Origin: Candidatus Methylomirabilis sp.
GTDB taxonomy: Bacteria; Methylomirabilota; Methylomirabilia; Methylomirabilales; Methylomirabilaceae
Assembly (NCBI GenBank): GCA_041498975.1
Contig: JBGQJI010000014.1
Span: 1 to 29,562, forward strand
Length of the DNA: 29,562 nucleotides
Reading direction: 5' to 3'
The first letter of the stretch is position 1. Each line of letters starts with the position of its first letter. A program made the translations under genes and the position numbers. Positions 12,282 to 21,013 of the stretch are shown in pieces. The notes beneath the pieces were generated by a model. That model ran no database searches, had not been told where the DNA came from, and saw only the letters and a list, made by a program, of their open reading frames with translations.

Positions 12282-12968
12282 CTACACGGGATGAGCGGGT
12301 GTCGGCTGCAAGGGTCTAGTCTCAACGAGGTGGAAGATGCCAAAAAAGAGTCGCTGGGCGGCGATCAGGTTCAGCCCGGCTTGGCGGACGAGGTCGAGCG
12401 GCTCACGGTTCCAACGACAGCCGAGCGTCTTCGCATGGCGATCGGCCCTGCGATCCTGCCAGCGTCCGAGCCACTCCAGGTCGCTGCGACCATGCTCCAG
12501 GAGGAGGATGCGGCCATCTGCCCGACACACGCGGACCATCTCGCGGAGCGCCCCCGCCGGATCGCGAAACGTACACATGGAAAGGGAGGAAACGACCGTG
12601 TCGAAACACTGGTCGGGAAAGGCGAGCCCTTCAGCGTCCATTACCAGGAACGGGATGGTCATCCCCAGGCGAGCCGCCCGCTTGCGGGCGACTTCTAACA
12701 TCGCCGGACTGAAGTCCACGGCGGCGATCTTACAGGTGCTGGGGTAGTGTCGAAGGTTCCTCCCCGTTCCGGCGGCAATTTCCAGCACCTTCCCTGATGC
12801 TCGCTCCAGCAGTCTGCGCCGGAGTCTTCTCATGCCCAGGACCTCAGGGATCCCATCCATCAGATCATACCACCGGGCGAACCTCTCATACTTTTGCCTG
12901 ATCTCCTCCTTGAGAGCCGGCGAAGCTTCACGAACCTTATTCAAGATCGAACTTTCCTTTCCTGACAT
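12282..12968 (-). CDS. Class I SAM-dependent methyltransferase (PmtA/UbiE-like)
   Basis: Motifs VLEIAAGTG, DFSPAML, DAEGLAFPDQCFDTVV and RVCRADGRILLLEH. Confidence 0.9.
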   Translation of the reverse strand: MSGKESSILNKVREASPALKEEIRQKYERFARWYDLMDGIPEVLGMRRLRRRLLERASGKVLEIAAGTGRNLRHYPSTCKIAAVDFSPAMLEVARKRAARLGMTIPFLVMDAEGLAFPDQCFDTVVSSLSMCTFRDPAGALREMVRVCRADGRILLLEHGRSDLEWLGRWQDRRADRHAKTLGCRWNREPLDLVRQAGLNLIAAQRLFFGIFHLVETRPLQPTPAHPV

Positions 12969-13015
12969 GGCAGCCTACAACACAGAATCGAACGGGGATG
13001 TTTGCTGTGTGTGAA

Positions 13016-13693
13016 CTACGATTTGTTTGATATTCCTAAATTGCATTCAGAACACAATGTCTGTAAGTTTTCGCTCTTAGTTTCTCCGCCCTGGGCCCAA
13101 GGTAGAATGTGGTCGATCTGTAATTCAACTCCAATCCCAGTAGCTGGAGAGCGACCACACCTGCTACACCGAAATCCATCTCCTTTCAAAATCTCATATC
13201 GAAGTCCCAAAGAGATTCCACGTTTAGTTTTTCGTTCATTAGGAGGAAGAAGAAGGTTTACAGGTATGCTTCTTGTCTCCGCTTTGATATCTTCTATCGA
13301 CAACCCCGATTTCCGGGATAGAAACTCCAGGCAAGCCTGATACCAGCTATCGAACTCGTTCAGATATCGGGAGGATGATATCGGAGATAGCGGCTGCTTC
13401 ATCTCCTTGGCACGAGGTTGTCGACCGAGTTTCTCCCGGACCATTTCAAGGTTCTCAAGCAGTAAGTATTTGTCGTTGGTTCTATTGTATCTGGAACCTG
13501 ATCCTGCTTCCTTGCAGAGATTTGACCAACTTCCGAAATGACGGCCAATCGTCGTTTAAGAAATCCTAAACCATTTGCAGAAATCTCTGGCGGCCACATA
13601 CTTAAGTTTTTTCCGCAATGCATATGCCTGCAGTGCAGTAAGGACCTCCTCTTTCGTATATGGATTAAACCTCTTTATTGTGTAATCAGTCAC
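13016..13693 (-). pseudogene. HNH endonuclease with two N-terminal homing-endonuclease-associated repeats, interrupted by an in-frame TAA
   Basis: GTG 13693 reads MTDYTIKRFNPYTKEEVL...FRIS*TTIGRHFGSW and continues in frame into the 13016..13444 ORF (CSRCG, DHILP, NLQTLCSECN). The stop is at 13556-13558, codon 46. Confidence 0.8.
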
Positions 13694-14118
13694 AGGCTAT
13701 CCATTTCAAGCATTGAGGACAGCTTGAGGTGACCTAAAACGGGTGGATGAAATCGTTGATTCACGACATACGGCACGGGCGATTGAGAGGAATCTCTCCC
13801 ACCGTTTATGAAAGACACTCTCCCGTTCGTGTTTACGTTTGACCCGAGGTCCGAGATGGCCTGCTCACGAATATGGCCAGCCAACGGTCAAATTCGTCTT
13901 CACCCTCACGCCAGGGATTTTCCCGGTCAAGCTCCCAGCGTAGGGGATTGGTTGCAATATATTCCCGAATTCGGTTAAATGATTCTTCGCTTCGGATGAC
14001 ATGTTCGTAATAGCCCCTCTGCCAGAGGGGCTGCCCCGAACGCGACAAGAGCCGGTTCACTTGGATCGCGGATATCGATTTGAACGCACGCAGCACCTTG
14101 GACAACGTGGTGGATCCG

Positions 14119-14177
14119 AACCCTGTAGGGGCGCTGCTTGCTGCGCCCTTGACGGGCGGGGCAAGCCCTTCCCTTGC
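14119..14177. repeat. REP doublet inside the RAYT coding sequence
   Basis: AACCCTGTAGGGGCGCTGCTTGCTGCGCCCTT followed by a degenerate inverted copy (minus strand GCAAGGGAAGGGCTTGCCCCGCCC). Confidence 0.75.
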
Positions 14178-14448
14178 GATAACAAGAATCCCGTGGATGT
14201 GGTTCGGCATTACTACCAAAGCATCCAACTCAGCCGTTGGAAACCGCTCAGGAAACCCATCCCACACTGTCTGCACTACTCGACCCACATTGCTCACGCG
14301 CATCTTCCCATCCACCACATCGCCAAACAGACACTCTCGGTTCTGGGTACATATAGTTACAAAATAGGAACCTTCGCTGGAATAATCGAATCCCCGCAGG
14401 CGAAGGGGCCGGCGGCGGAACGCAGAGAGGCGACTTGGCTTCCTCCTG

Positions 14449-14480
14449 AGGGGCGCAGCAAGCGGCGCCCCTACAGGGTT
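14449..14480 (-). repeat. GTAG-type REP at the 5' end of the RAYT
   Basis: Minus strand AACCCTGTAGGGGCGCCGCTTGCTGCGCCCCT, 30/32 identical to the plus-strand copy at 14119-14150. Forms an AGGGGCG/CGCCCCT hairpin. Confidence 0.82.
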
Positions 14481-14527
14481 GACCTGTTGCCTGGTTCCAC
14501 GGATGGGAAGAAGCTGGAGCATTTCAA

Positions 14528-16000
14528 TTAGATGTTGGTGGGGAGGGCTTCGCCGGCGGAGCCGCTCATCGCCTTCTCCGACGCTTCGGTGAGGGCCTTG
14601 ACGTGCCGGCGGTCCGTGGTAAAAACGCGGTAGTGCGCCACTTTGGGGGGGATGTCGCGGAACAGCTCCTTGAGCGGCCTCGGCGATACCTCGCCTGTGG
14701 CCGGATTATACATGAAGATCTTTTTGCTTCCCTCCGCCAGAGGGTTGATGGGCCGCGGATCCAGCGCGGCCATGTCCACCTTGAACTCTACGCCCTGGAG
14801 CCGTCTGGGGAGATGGCGACGGATCTCGTCCTCGAGGTGTTTCGCGCTCTGAAACCTGACCATCCGCTGGGACTCCTCGATGGTGGACACGAAGTCATAC
14901 GCCATCTTCCACCTGATCTTCCGGCCCAAGATCTTCCCCCACTCCGCTCCCAGCGCGCGCTCGTGCGGATCCTTTGAGGTGGCCCACTCCCTCACCCGTT
15001 CGAGCAGGAACCAATCGGTCAACTCCAGATACCGATCCAACTCTTCGTAGGGATTGTACGGCGCAACCCGCGCCATCGTCTCCTTAAAGACCTCCTGGAG
15101 GTGCAGGTCGATGGCCCGGGTCGTCCGGTGATGATAGACGTGGGCGTAGAGGGCCAGCTTGGCGTTCAGGAATCGGATGAGGGCCGACTCCCCGGCTTTA
15201 TGCAGGGTCAGCCCCCTCGGCGTGAAGAACGAGTAGAGGAGGAGGCGCTCGACGTCGATGATATCCAGCGAGAAGCCGGTCATGTAGGCGTCACGCTGGA
15301 CGTAATCGAGGTTGTCCACCGTGTAGATCCCTGAAAAGAGCGGACGGAGCGCCGGCAGCCACGGCGGGAGCCCCGCCGCCGAACCTGCCTCCGGCTTCTT
15401 GATGAGGAAGGCGATGTGCTTGGGATCGAGTCGCTCGTGCCTCTGGAACGGGCCGCTCGGGCTCCGGCGGATCGCCCTGATCGTTCCGACCAGCTTCTTC
15501 GTGATGATGGCCATACCAAGGATCTCGTGGTTCAGCCGCTCACCACGGACCCGGAACTGTTGGAGGAAGTGGTCGTCGAAGAAGTGCCCGAAGGGCCCGT
15601 GCCCGACGTCGTGGAGGAGCCCGGAAATCCTTAGGAGCTCTTCGATGAAGGGAGCGGACGGAAGATCCTTGCCGAACGTCTCCTTCAGGCTAGGATAGAG
15701 GTGCCGGGCGAACGCGCCGGCCATGTGCATGGTTCCCAGGACATGCTGGAACCGGCTGTGCTCGCCGGACGGGTAGACCCACCAGGTGCTCTGCAGCTGA
15801 TGGATCCGGCGCAATCGCTGGACCCATGGGGTATCGATGATGTCCTTCTCGGTCCGCTCCGACCGATCCCCCTTCGGGACTGTGAAGAGGATGTAGCGGT
15901 GGATCGGGTCCGCCAGCAGGGCAAGCCCTTCGTAGGGGGAGGCGAGTGGGCCCTCCTCCCTTCTCATCGAATGCTGTGTCGTGGCGGCAGGAATGGCCAT
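14528..16000 (-). CDS. HD-superfamily phosphohydrolase (SAMHD1/dNTPase-like)
   Basis: Motifs DPIH, QRLRRIHQL, HSRFQH, LLHDVGHGPFGH, DNLDYVQRD and VYHH. Confidence 0.92.
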   Translation of the reverse strand: MAIPAATTQHSMRREEGPLASPYEGLALLADPIHRYILFTVPKGDRSERTEKDIIDTPWVQRLRRIHQLQSTWWVYPSGEHSRFQHVLGTMHMAGAFARHLYPSLKETFGKDLPSAPFIEELLRISGLLHDVGHGPFGHFFDDHFLQQFRVRGERLNHEILGMAIITKKLVGTIRAIRRSPSGPFQRHERLDPKHIAFLIKKPEAGSAAGLPPWLPALRPLFSGIYTVDNLDYVQRDAYMTGFSLDIIDVERLLLYSFFTPRGLTLHKAGESALIRFLNAKLALYAHVYHHRTTRAIDLHLQEVFKETMARVAPYNPYEELDRYLELTDWFLLERVREWATSKDPHERALGAEWGKILGRKIRWKMAYDFVSTIEESQRMVRFQSAKHLEDEIRRHLPRRLQGVEFKVDMAALDPRPINPLAEGSKKIFMYNPATGEVSPRPLKELFRDIPPKVAHYRVFTTDRRHVKALTEASEKAMSGSAGEALPTNI

Positions 16001-16059
16001 CAGTTAGACCCTAACCAGATCCGTGAAAGATCGCCTGCAATAAGACCCGTCCAGGTTGA

Positions 16060-16147
16060 TCCTTCGACGCGCTCAGGATGTCGAAGCTTGTCGTGAGCAT
16101 TGCCGAATGGTCGGTAGTCGCGCCCTTCGACAGGCTCGGGACGAACG
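16060..16147. repeat. Palindromic element cluster (CCTTCGACxxGCTCAGG family)
   Basis: Three units in alternating orientation: CCTTCGACGCGCTCAGGA, inverted GTCGTGAGCATTGCCGAATGG, and CCCTTCGACAGGCTCGGGAC. Confidence 0.65.
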
Positions 16148-16177
16148 TGATAGCGACACCCACTTCGAGTCATTCCG

Positions 16178-18667
16178 CTATATCAGCGCCGACTCGAGCA
16201 CGATACCCCGGTCCAGCATCTTGACGGCCAGCGACAGCGTCTGCTGAAGCCCCGCCGGCAGCACCGGACTTTCCTCGAGCTGCCGGCACAGATCGATCAG
16301 CCGCCGGAAGGCCCGGATCAGGTCGCCTTCATGCCCTCCGAAGCTCTGTTCCACCAGCGCCAGCCAGTCGTCCTCCCCTGAGGCCCAGCGATGGGTGGCG
16401 GCAAGGTAGGTGGTGTGCATCGAGACCGGGAGCGGAACCTGATACGACCGCTGAACCCTCTCCACCTCCTGGCTCAGCTCCTCCAGCATCTTCACGCGGC
16501 GACGAAGGTGGGTCTGCTCCCGGAGAAACACCCGTGCGATGAGGCCTTCCCTCGCCCGAGGCTCCTCCACCAGACATGAGAGGAGGGCCGCCAGCTCCTC
16601 CGGCGAGAGCCCTTGAAGAAGACCGGAGAAGGCGACCCGGGCCACCAGTAACTCGTTATCGTGCCGCAGCGAGGCGATCAGCCGGCCCTCGGGACTCAAC
16701 CGCCCTTCCTCGAGATACCCGAAGTGTTGCAGGACCGCGACCACCTGGAGAAACTGCTCCCAGTAAGAATCCTGAAGCTGCTGCAGCGTCTTGCGATGGC
16801 CCTCCAGCGCCTGCCCCAGCCGTCTCGACTGCTTGAGCTGCCGCTCCCTCAGCCCCCGTTTGGGACAGCGGTGGCAGGGCATCTGGGACAGGGCAAGCGC
16901 CAACGCATCGAGCTTCGCCTTCCCCTCCTCAGCGGCCTCGCCCCAGAAGAATGCCAACGAAGAATTCTCTCGTCCGCGGCTATTGCGTCCTTTGCCCCGT
17001 CCGCGGCCGGCCCGCGCTGTTGCCACTCGCAGGTTCCTGAGCCGTTCCCGCTCCTGCTCGACGGCGGCGCGCCGCTCCCGATAGTCGATCAGGGTCGCCA
17101 GCTCGCAGCAGGGCGACGCCATTCCCTCTGCCTCGGCCAATCGGCGGATCAGCCCCTCCTGCTCCTTCCTGATGGCCTCGATCTTTCGCCGGTTCTGAAA
17201 CTGGCCGAAGCTCTTCTCGATGGTCTTGCGGATCGCCCCCGGTTCTCGATGTGCCTCGATCAAGAGAGCGGCGCTGCTGTATCCGATCCGAAACCGGCTC
17301 ACGATCGGCTCCGGTTCGCCCTGCGCCAGGTGGACCGCCTCCTCGACCGCCTCGGGGGAGTCCAGGGCCAGCAGGCAAGTCCCTTCAGGGTCGATCCCGC
17401 GCCGGCCCGCCCGCCCAGCCATCTGAGTCAACTCGCCAACGGTCAGGCCTCGAAACCCGGAATCGCTTCGCTTCCGGAGCCCGCCGATCACCACGCTCTT
17501 GGCAGGCATGTGGATCCCCAGGCTCATCGTCTCGGTGGCGAAAACCACCTGGACCAACCCCCGCTCGAACAGGACCTCGGTGAGGCGTTTCAGCGCCGGC
17601 AGGACGCCGGCGTGATGCAAACCCATTCCGCGACGGAGCCCGCCCAGGATCAACCGATTCAGGTCGCTTTCAGGGACGATGCTCGGGTAGTCGAGGAGCG
17701 TCCGCTGGATAGCCTCCTCCACCTCCCCGCCTCGCTCTGGGTCCAGGAGCGGCTCATTCCGCTCCAGGTAGCGTGAGAGGGCTCGCTCGCAACCGGATCG
17801 ACTGAAAATGAAGTAAATGGCCGGCAGCCAACGCCGGGCCTCCAAGACCTGGATGGCAACGCTCACATCAAGAGGGGTACGACGAAAGGGACGATGTCCG
17901 CGGTCCCGACGTCGCTCCCACGGGCGGGCGATCCGATCGTCGGAGGTGGAGCGACGCGAGGACGCTCTTCGCAAGATCCGCTGAGCCGAAGCCGGCTCAG
18001 CAGGCCAGAGTTGCCCTTCGTTATCGCAGAGCAGATACTGCAGGGGAACCGGCCTGGTCGGATGGTGGATCGCCCGGATCGGACGATGGGTTTGCCCGAT
18101 CCACTCCGCGATCTCGCCGATGTTGCTCACTGTGGCCGAGAGGGCGACGAGCTGCACTTGGGGAGGGCAGTTGATGATGATCTCTTCCCAGACCGTACCC
18201 CGGCCTTCGTTGCCCATGTAGTGACATTCATCCAAAACCACGTAGGCAAGCCCCTCAAACTGACCCGCGTAGAACTTGTTTCGGAGGATCTCTGTGGTCA
18301 TGACCACCAGCGGCGCGCGGGAGTTCACCTTCACGTCGCCTGTGAGGATGCCGACCATGCTCTCGCCCCACTGACGGGTGAAGTCGGCATACTTCTGGTT
18401 GCTGAGGGCCTTCAGGGGGGTGGTGTAGGCGATGCGATGCTGGTGGGCCAAGGCTCGGTAGATGGCGAACTCAGCGATGAGGGTCTTGCCCGCGCCGGTG
18501 GGCGCGGAGACGATCACGGAGCTTTCCTCCGCCGTCAGACGGATGGCCTCCTCCTGGAACGGATCGAAGGAGAAGGGATACCTGTCGCGGAACGATTCAA
18601 TGAGTGCTTCCTCGTCCCGCGGGAGGGCCGATGAAATGGGCTCGATAGGACCTGCTCCTTTCGCCAT
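16178..18667 (-). CDS. Ski2/HelY-like DEAD/DEAH-box RNA helicase with C-terminal DSHCT-type domain
   Basis: Motifs FQ (Q-motif), APTGAGKT, TPLKALSNQK, TTEILRN, DECH, LSAT, HHAG, ATET, QMAGRAGRRG and C-terminal EGDLIR...DLCRQL. Confidence 0.93.
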   Translation of the reverse strand: MAKGAGPIEPISSALPRDEEALIESFRDRYPFSFDPFQEEAIRLTAEESSVIVSAPTGAGKTLIAEFAIYRALAHQHRIAYTTPLKALSNQKYADFTRQWGESMVGILTGDVKVNSRAPLVVMTTEILRNKFYAGQFEGLAYVVLDECHYMGNEGRGTVWEEIIINCPPQVQLVALSATVSNIGEIAEWIGQTHRPIRAIHHPTRPVPLQYLLCDNEGQLWPAEPASAQRILRRASSRRSTSDDRIARPWERRRDRGHRPFRRTPLDVSVAIQVLEARRWLPAIYFIFSRSGCERALSRYLERNEPLLDPERGGEVEEAIQRTLLDYPSIVPESDLNRLILGGLRRGMGLHHAGVLPALKRLTEVLFERGLVQVVFATETMSLGIHMPAKSVVIGGLRKRSDSGFRGLTVGELTQMAGRAGRRGIDPEGTCLLALDSPEAVEEAVHLAQGEPEPIVSRFRIGYSSAALLIEAHREPGAIRKTIEKSFGQFQNRRKIEAIRKEQEGLIRRLAEAEGMASPCCELATLIDYRERRAAVEQERERLRNLRVATARAGRGRGKGRNSRGRENSSLAFFWGEAAEEGKAKLDALALALSQMPCHRCPKRGLRERQLKQSRRLGQALEGHRKTLQQLQDSYWEQFLQVVAVLQHFGYLEEGRLSPEGRLIASLRHDNELLVARVAFSGLLQGLSPEELAALLSCLVEEPRAREGLIARVFLREQTHLRRRVKMLEELSQEVERVQRSYQVPLPVSMHTTYLAATHRWASGEDDWLALVEQSFGGHEGDLIRAFRRLIDLCRQLEESPVLPAGLQQTLSLAVKMLDRGIVLESALI

Positions 18668-18679
18668 CTGTCTGTCCCA

Positions 18680-18708
18680 ACAATAACAGATCGGGCCTCC
18701 TGTTTCAA
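18680..18708 (-). promoter_or_regulatory. Putative sigma70 promoter for the helicase
   Basis: Minus strand TTGAAA-17 bp-TATTGT with a TGn extension; the -10 ends 12 nt before the ATG. Confidence 0.5.
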
Positions 18709-18733
18709 CAAGCGAGACTGCCCTGCAGGTGAT

Positions 18734-18766
18734 TCCCTTGTCAAGGGATCAGACCTCGTGTAAGCT
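18734..18766 (+). promoter_or_regulatory. Putative promoter of the four-gene operon with a palindrome over the -35
   Basis: TTGTCA-17 bp-TAAGCT, with the inverted repeat TCCCTTG-T-CAAGGGA at 18734-18748. Confidence 0.5.
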
Positions 18767-18817
18767 GGTTGCAGAGATAGAGCAGGTCGCTTCAACCCAC
18801 AGATCAAGGAGCCGGAG

Positions 18818-19105
18818 ATGGTTGAGGAGTTAACTCGGAAGCTGCTGAAGGTGTTCGGCATGGCAGTCACGGATTTCGAGGACCGGTGCAGGGAGGCGGC
18901 GCAACAGGCCCGGGACGAGGTCGGTCGCGGCGTCGATCCAGCCGCCGTCCTCCCGGTGCTGGAGGGGCTGGTGCGATCGACCCTCGATGTCACGGGACGG
19001 TGGATGGAGGTTACGCAATTGATCGTCGAACAGCACCACCGGACCTGTACCGAGGTACTGGGCCTGCTCGATGAGCTGAAGAAGCGGAAGGGCCTGTCCA
19101 CATGA
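18818..19105 (+). CDS. Hypothetical alpha-helical protein
   Basis: 95 aa, SD-like AAGGAG upstream, ATGA overlap with the next gene. Confidence 0.75.
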   Translation: MVEELTRKLLKVFGMAVTDFEDRCREAAQQARDEVGRGVDPAAVLPVLEGLVRSTLDVTGRWMEVTQLIVEQHHRTCTEVLGLLDELKKRKGLST

Positions 19106-19332
19106 TGGAGGGGCTGGCAGGGGCGAAAGAGGCGGCACGGGAGCAGATACGGGCGGCCATGGAGGCGATCGACGGGGCCCTGCGGGGAATCGTGAGCTTT
19201 CTCGCCCCGCTCAAGCCGACACTGCGGAATGAGCTGATCCAACTGCTGGGCGAACACGTGGAACGAGCCAGGGCCGCCAAGGACACCCTGGAAAAGCTCC
19301 TCGCGGAGCTGGAACGGAAGGAGGCACAATGA
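19102..19332 (+). CDS. Hypothetical helical-hairpin / coiled-coil protein
   Basis: 76 aa, Ala/Glu/Leu-rich, ATGA overlaps on both sides. Confidence 0.75.
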   Translation: MMEGLAGAKEAAREQIRAAMEAIDGALRGIVSFLAPLKPTLRNELIQLLGEHVERARAAKDTLEKLLAELERKEAQ

Positions 19333-19877
19333 GCTCGCCGCAGACGATAGCCGACCTGTTGCAGATGTTCGCCGGATTCGAGCAGCGCGCTCTCGATCTG
19401 TACCGGCACCTCGCTCAGGTTTTCGCCGGCCACCCTGCACTCGGAACAATCTGGCGAGCCATGTCGGACGCAGAGGCGGGACACTTCGCGATCCTCTGCC
19501 TGGCCGAAGATCGCCTTCCCGCAGGTAGCATGGCAATAGCGGAGAGCCTTGGCGTTGACGAGAACCGTCTCGCTGAATGGAAATCCAGGCTCGACCAACT
19601 CGAGGCAAAGGGGAGGCGACCCGGAATCGCTCCGGCAGAGGCGGCGGAGGTCACCTTGGCGTGGGAGCTGGAGGAGATGCCCCGGTTGCTCACCCTGTTG
19701 TCAGCCCTCCCGGAGAAGGCGCGGCGGCTTACCGCCGCGGGCTTCATAGAGGGAGCCGAAGAGCACCTGCGGTGCTTGAGGGAACTCCTGACGGCGGTAG
19801 GTCGTGACCCCCGCGTGTCAGACGTCTCCCGTTTGGAGGAATCGGTCGCATCCCTGAGGCTGCTCGCGTCTGGGTAG
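19329..19877 (+). CDS. Ferritin-like (rubrerythrin-like) domain protein
   Basis: Pattern FEQRALDLY...EAGH...WELEE...EEH of a four-helix diiron bundle. GGAGG SD upstream. Confidence 0.72.
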   Translation: MSSPQTIADLLQMFAGFEQRALDLYRHLAQVFAGHPALGTIWRAMSDAEAGHFAILCLAEDRLPAGSMAIAESLGVDENRLAEWKSRLDQLEAKGRRPGIAPAEAAEVTLAWELEEMPRLLTLLSALPEKARRLTAAGFIEGAEEHLRCLRELLTAVGRDPRVSDVSRLEESVASLRLLASG

Positions 19878-19899
19878 CCCTTCCTCCCGAATCACTCCC

Positions 19900-20106
19900 A
19901 TGAATCCCATCATCGAGCGCTTCAAAGACCAGCGCGTGACGATCCATCTGGCTGCCAATTGGCGAATTGTGGGGACCGTCATCGGGCTCGAAGACGATGT
20001 CGTTGAGCTCGCGGATGAGGAAGGAGCTTCCATCTTCGTGACCCTGGCGTCGATCGTCGCCATCGAACCGTATCGCGTCAAGGGCGGCTCCGGGCATTAT
20101 ATCTGA
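19900..20106 (+). CDS. Small Sm/Hfq-like-fold protein (putative)
   Basis: 68 aa. Short helix followed by VTIHL..WRIVGTVIGLEDDVVEL..IFVTLASIVAI, resembling the Sm1/Sm2 strand pattern. No clear SD. Confidence 0.6.
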   Translation: MNPIIERFKDQRVTIHLAANWRIVGTVIGLEDDVVELADEEGASIFVTLASIVAIEPYRVKGGSGHYI

Positions 20107-20296
20107 ATCTATCTGGGTCGGGGGCAAGGGTGGAAGAAAGTGAAGCTTGTTAAGACAGGCAAGCGGAACTACGTCAGGGAAGGGAGCGACCGAAGGCGAG
20201 CGGATCGAAGTGGTGAAAGGGAGGCTGACAGAAGGTCCGAATGACGCAATGCTCTACGATGTCACCGGGAACGAGCACTTCAGGGCGGGCAAGTGT

Positions 20297-20881
20297 CTAT
20301 TGGTAGATCTCCTTCAGCTTCTTCAAGATCGCTTTACCCCGGACCACCACCTCATCATGCTGGTTTTTGCACTGCAAGCCGACCGTGAGCACGCCCTTGT
20401 CGTCGATCTCCTCGACCACGCCGACAGCCGTGATCCGGTCCCCCGCGCGGACGGGGCCTGTGAACTCCATCTCCTGGCGAAGGTAGACGCACCAGGGGCA
20501 CAGCTCGGCGAGGACCCCGGAGAACAGGCTCGCGGTGTGGAACCCGTGGGCGATCCGTCCCTTGAAGCGGGTCTTCTGGGCAAGCGCCTCATTGAAGTGC
20601 AGCGGGTTGAAATCGTTGGAGAGGAAGCCGAAGTAGAGGGTCCCGGATTCGGTCATCGTCTTCGTGTGCGCGAGCGTCTTGCCCACATACAGATCGGAAG
20701 ACTTGGGCGACCGGGTCCCCTTGCCGTACCCGTTCAGCTCGATGCCGTAGAGGGATGCGAACAGCCGTCCGACGGCCTCTGGGCTCTCCCGGTGCCAGTC
20801 GAGCATCCCGCTCATCATCTTGTCGAACAGGTACATCGGCCCGAACGCCCAGTTCGACCACACCTCCGCGAACTGCCTCAT
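20297..20881 (-). CDS. MaoC family dehydratase / (R)-specific enoyl-CoA hydratase (PhaJ/CroR-like) with N-terminal extension
   Basis: Catalytic DFNPLH motif, plus FKGRIAHG and FTGPVRAGD. GGAGG SD upstream. Confidence 0.88.
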   Translation of the reverse strand: MRQFAEVWSNWAFGPMYLFDKMMSGMLDWHRESPEAVGRLFASLYGIELNGYGKGTRSPKSSDLYVGKTLAHTKTMTESGTLYFGFLSNDFNPLHFNEALAQKTRFKGRIAHGFHTASLFSGVLAELCPWCVYLRQEMEFTGPVRAGDRITAVGVVEEIDDKGVLTVGLQCKNQHDEVVVRGKAILKKLKEIYQ

Positions 20882-21013
20882 TCAGCCCCTCCTTTTTGAA
20901 GGACCATCGGTGCCCTCTACCTCAAGACCAAGCGAGACAGGTCGGGGGGAGTCTATGCGGGCCCCGCCTTCGCGTCAAGTGAAAAATGGCGGCCACCAAA
21001 CCATCGGGCGATC

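Larger units (their letters stand above)
13833..14522 (-). mobile_element. REP-associated tyrosine transposase (RAYT, IS200/Y1 HUH superfamily)
   Basis: Motifs RRPLRLRGFDYS, YFVTICT, VMPNHIH (HUH), FKS, LWQRGYYEHVIR and YIATNP (catalytic Tyr). Start codon uncertain. Confidence 0.92.

Noticed and set aside
11629..13627. 12-bp direct repeat CAATGCATATGC at 11629 and 13616 as an island boundary
   Set aside because: Matches of this length are expected by chance in a window this size, and the second copy lies inside the HNH coding frame.
13690..13884. 64-aa ORF between the RAYT and HNH genes as a gene
   Set aside because: Its 5' end overlaps the RAYT and no domain is recognisable. Only the GTGA overlap hints at a remnant.
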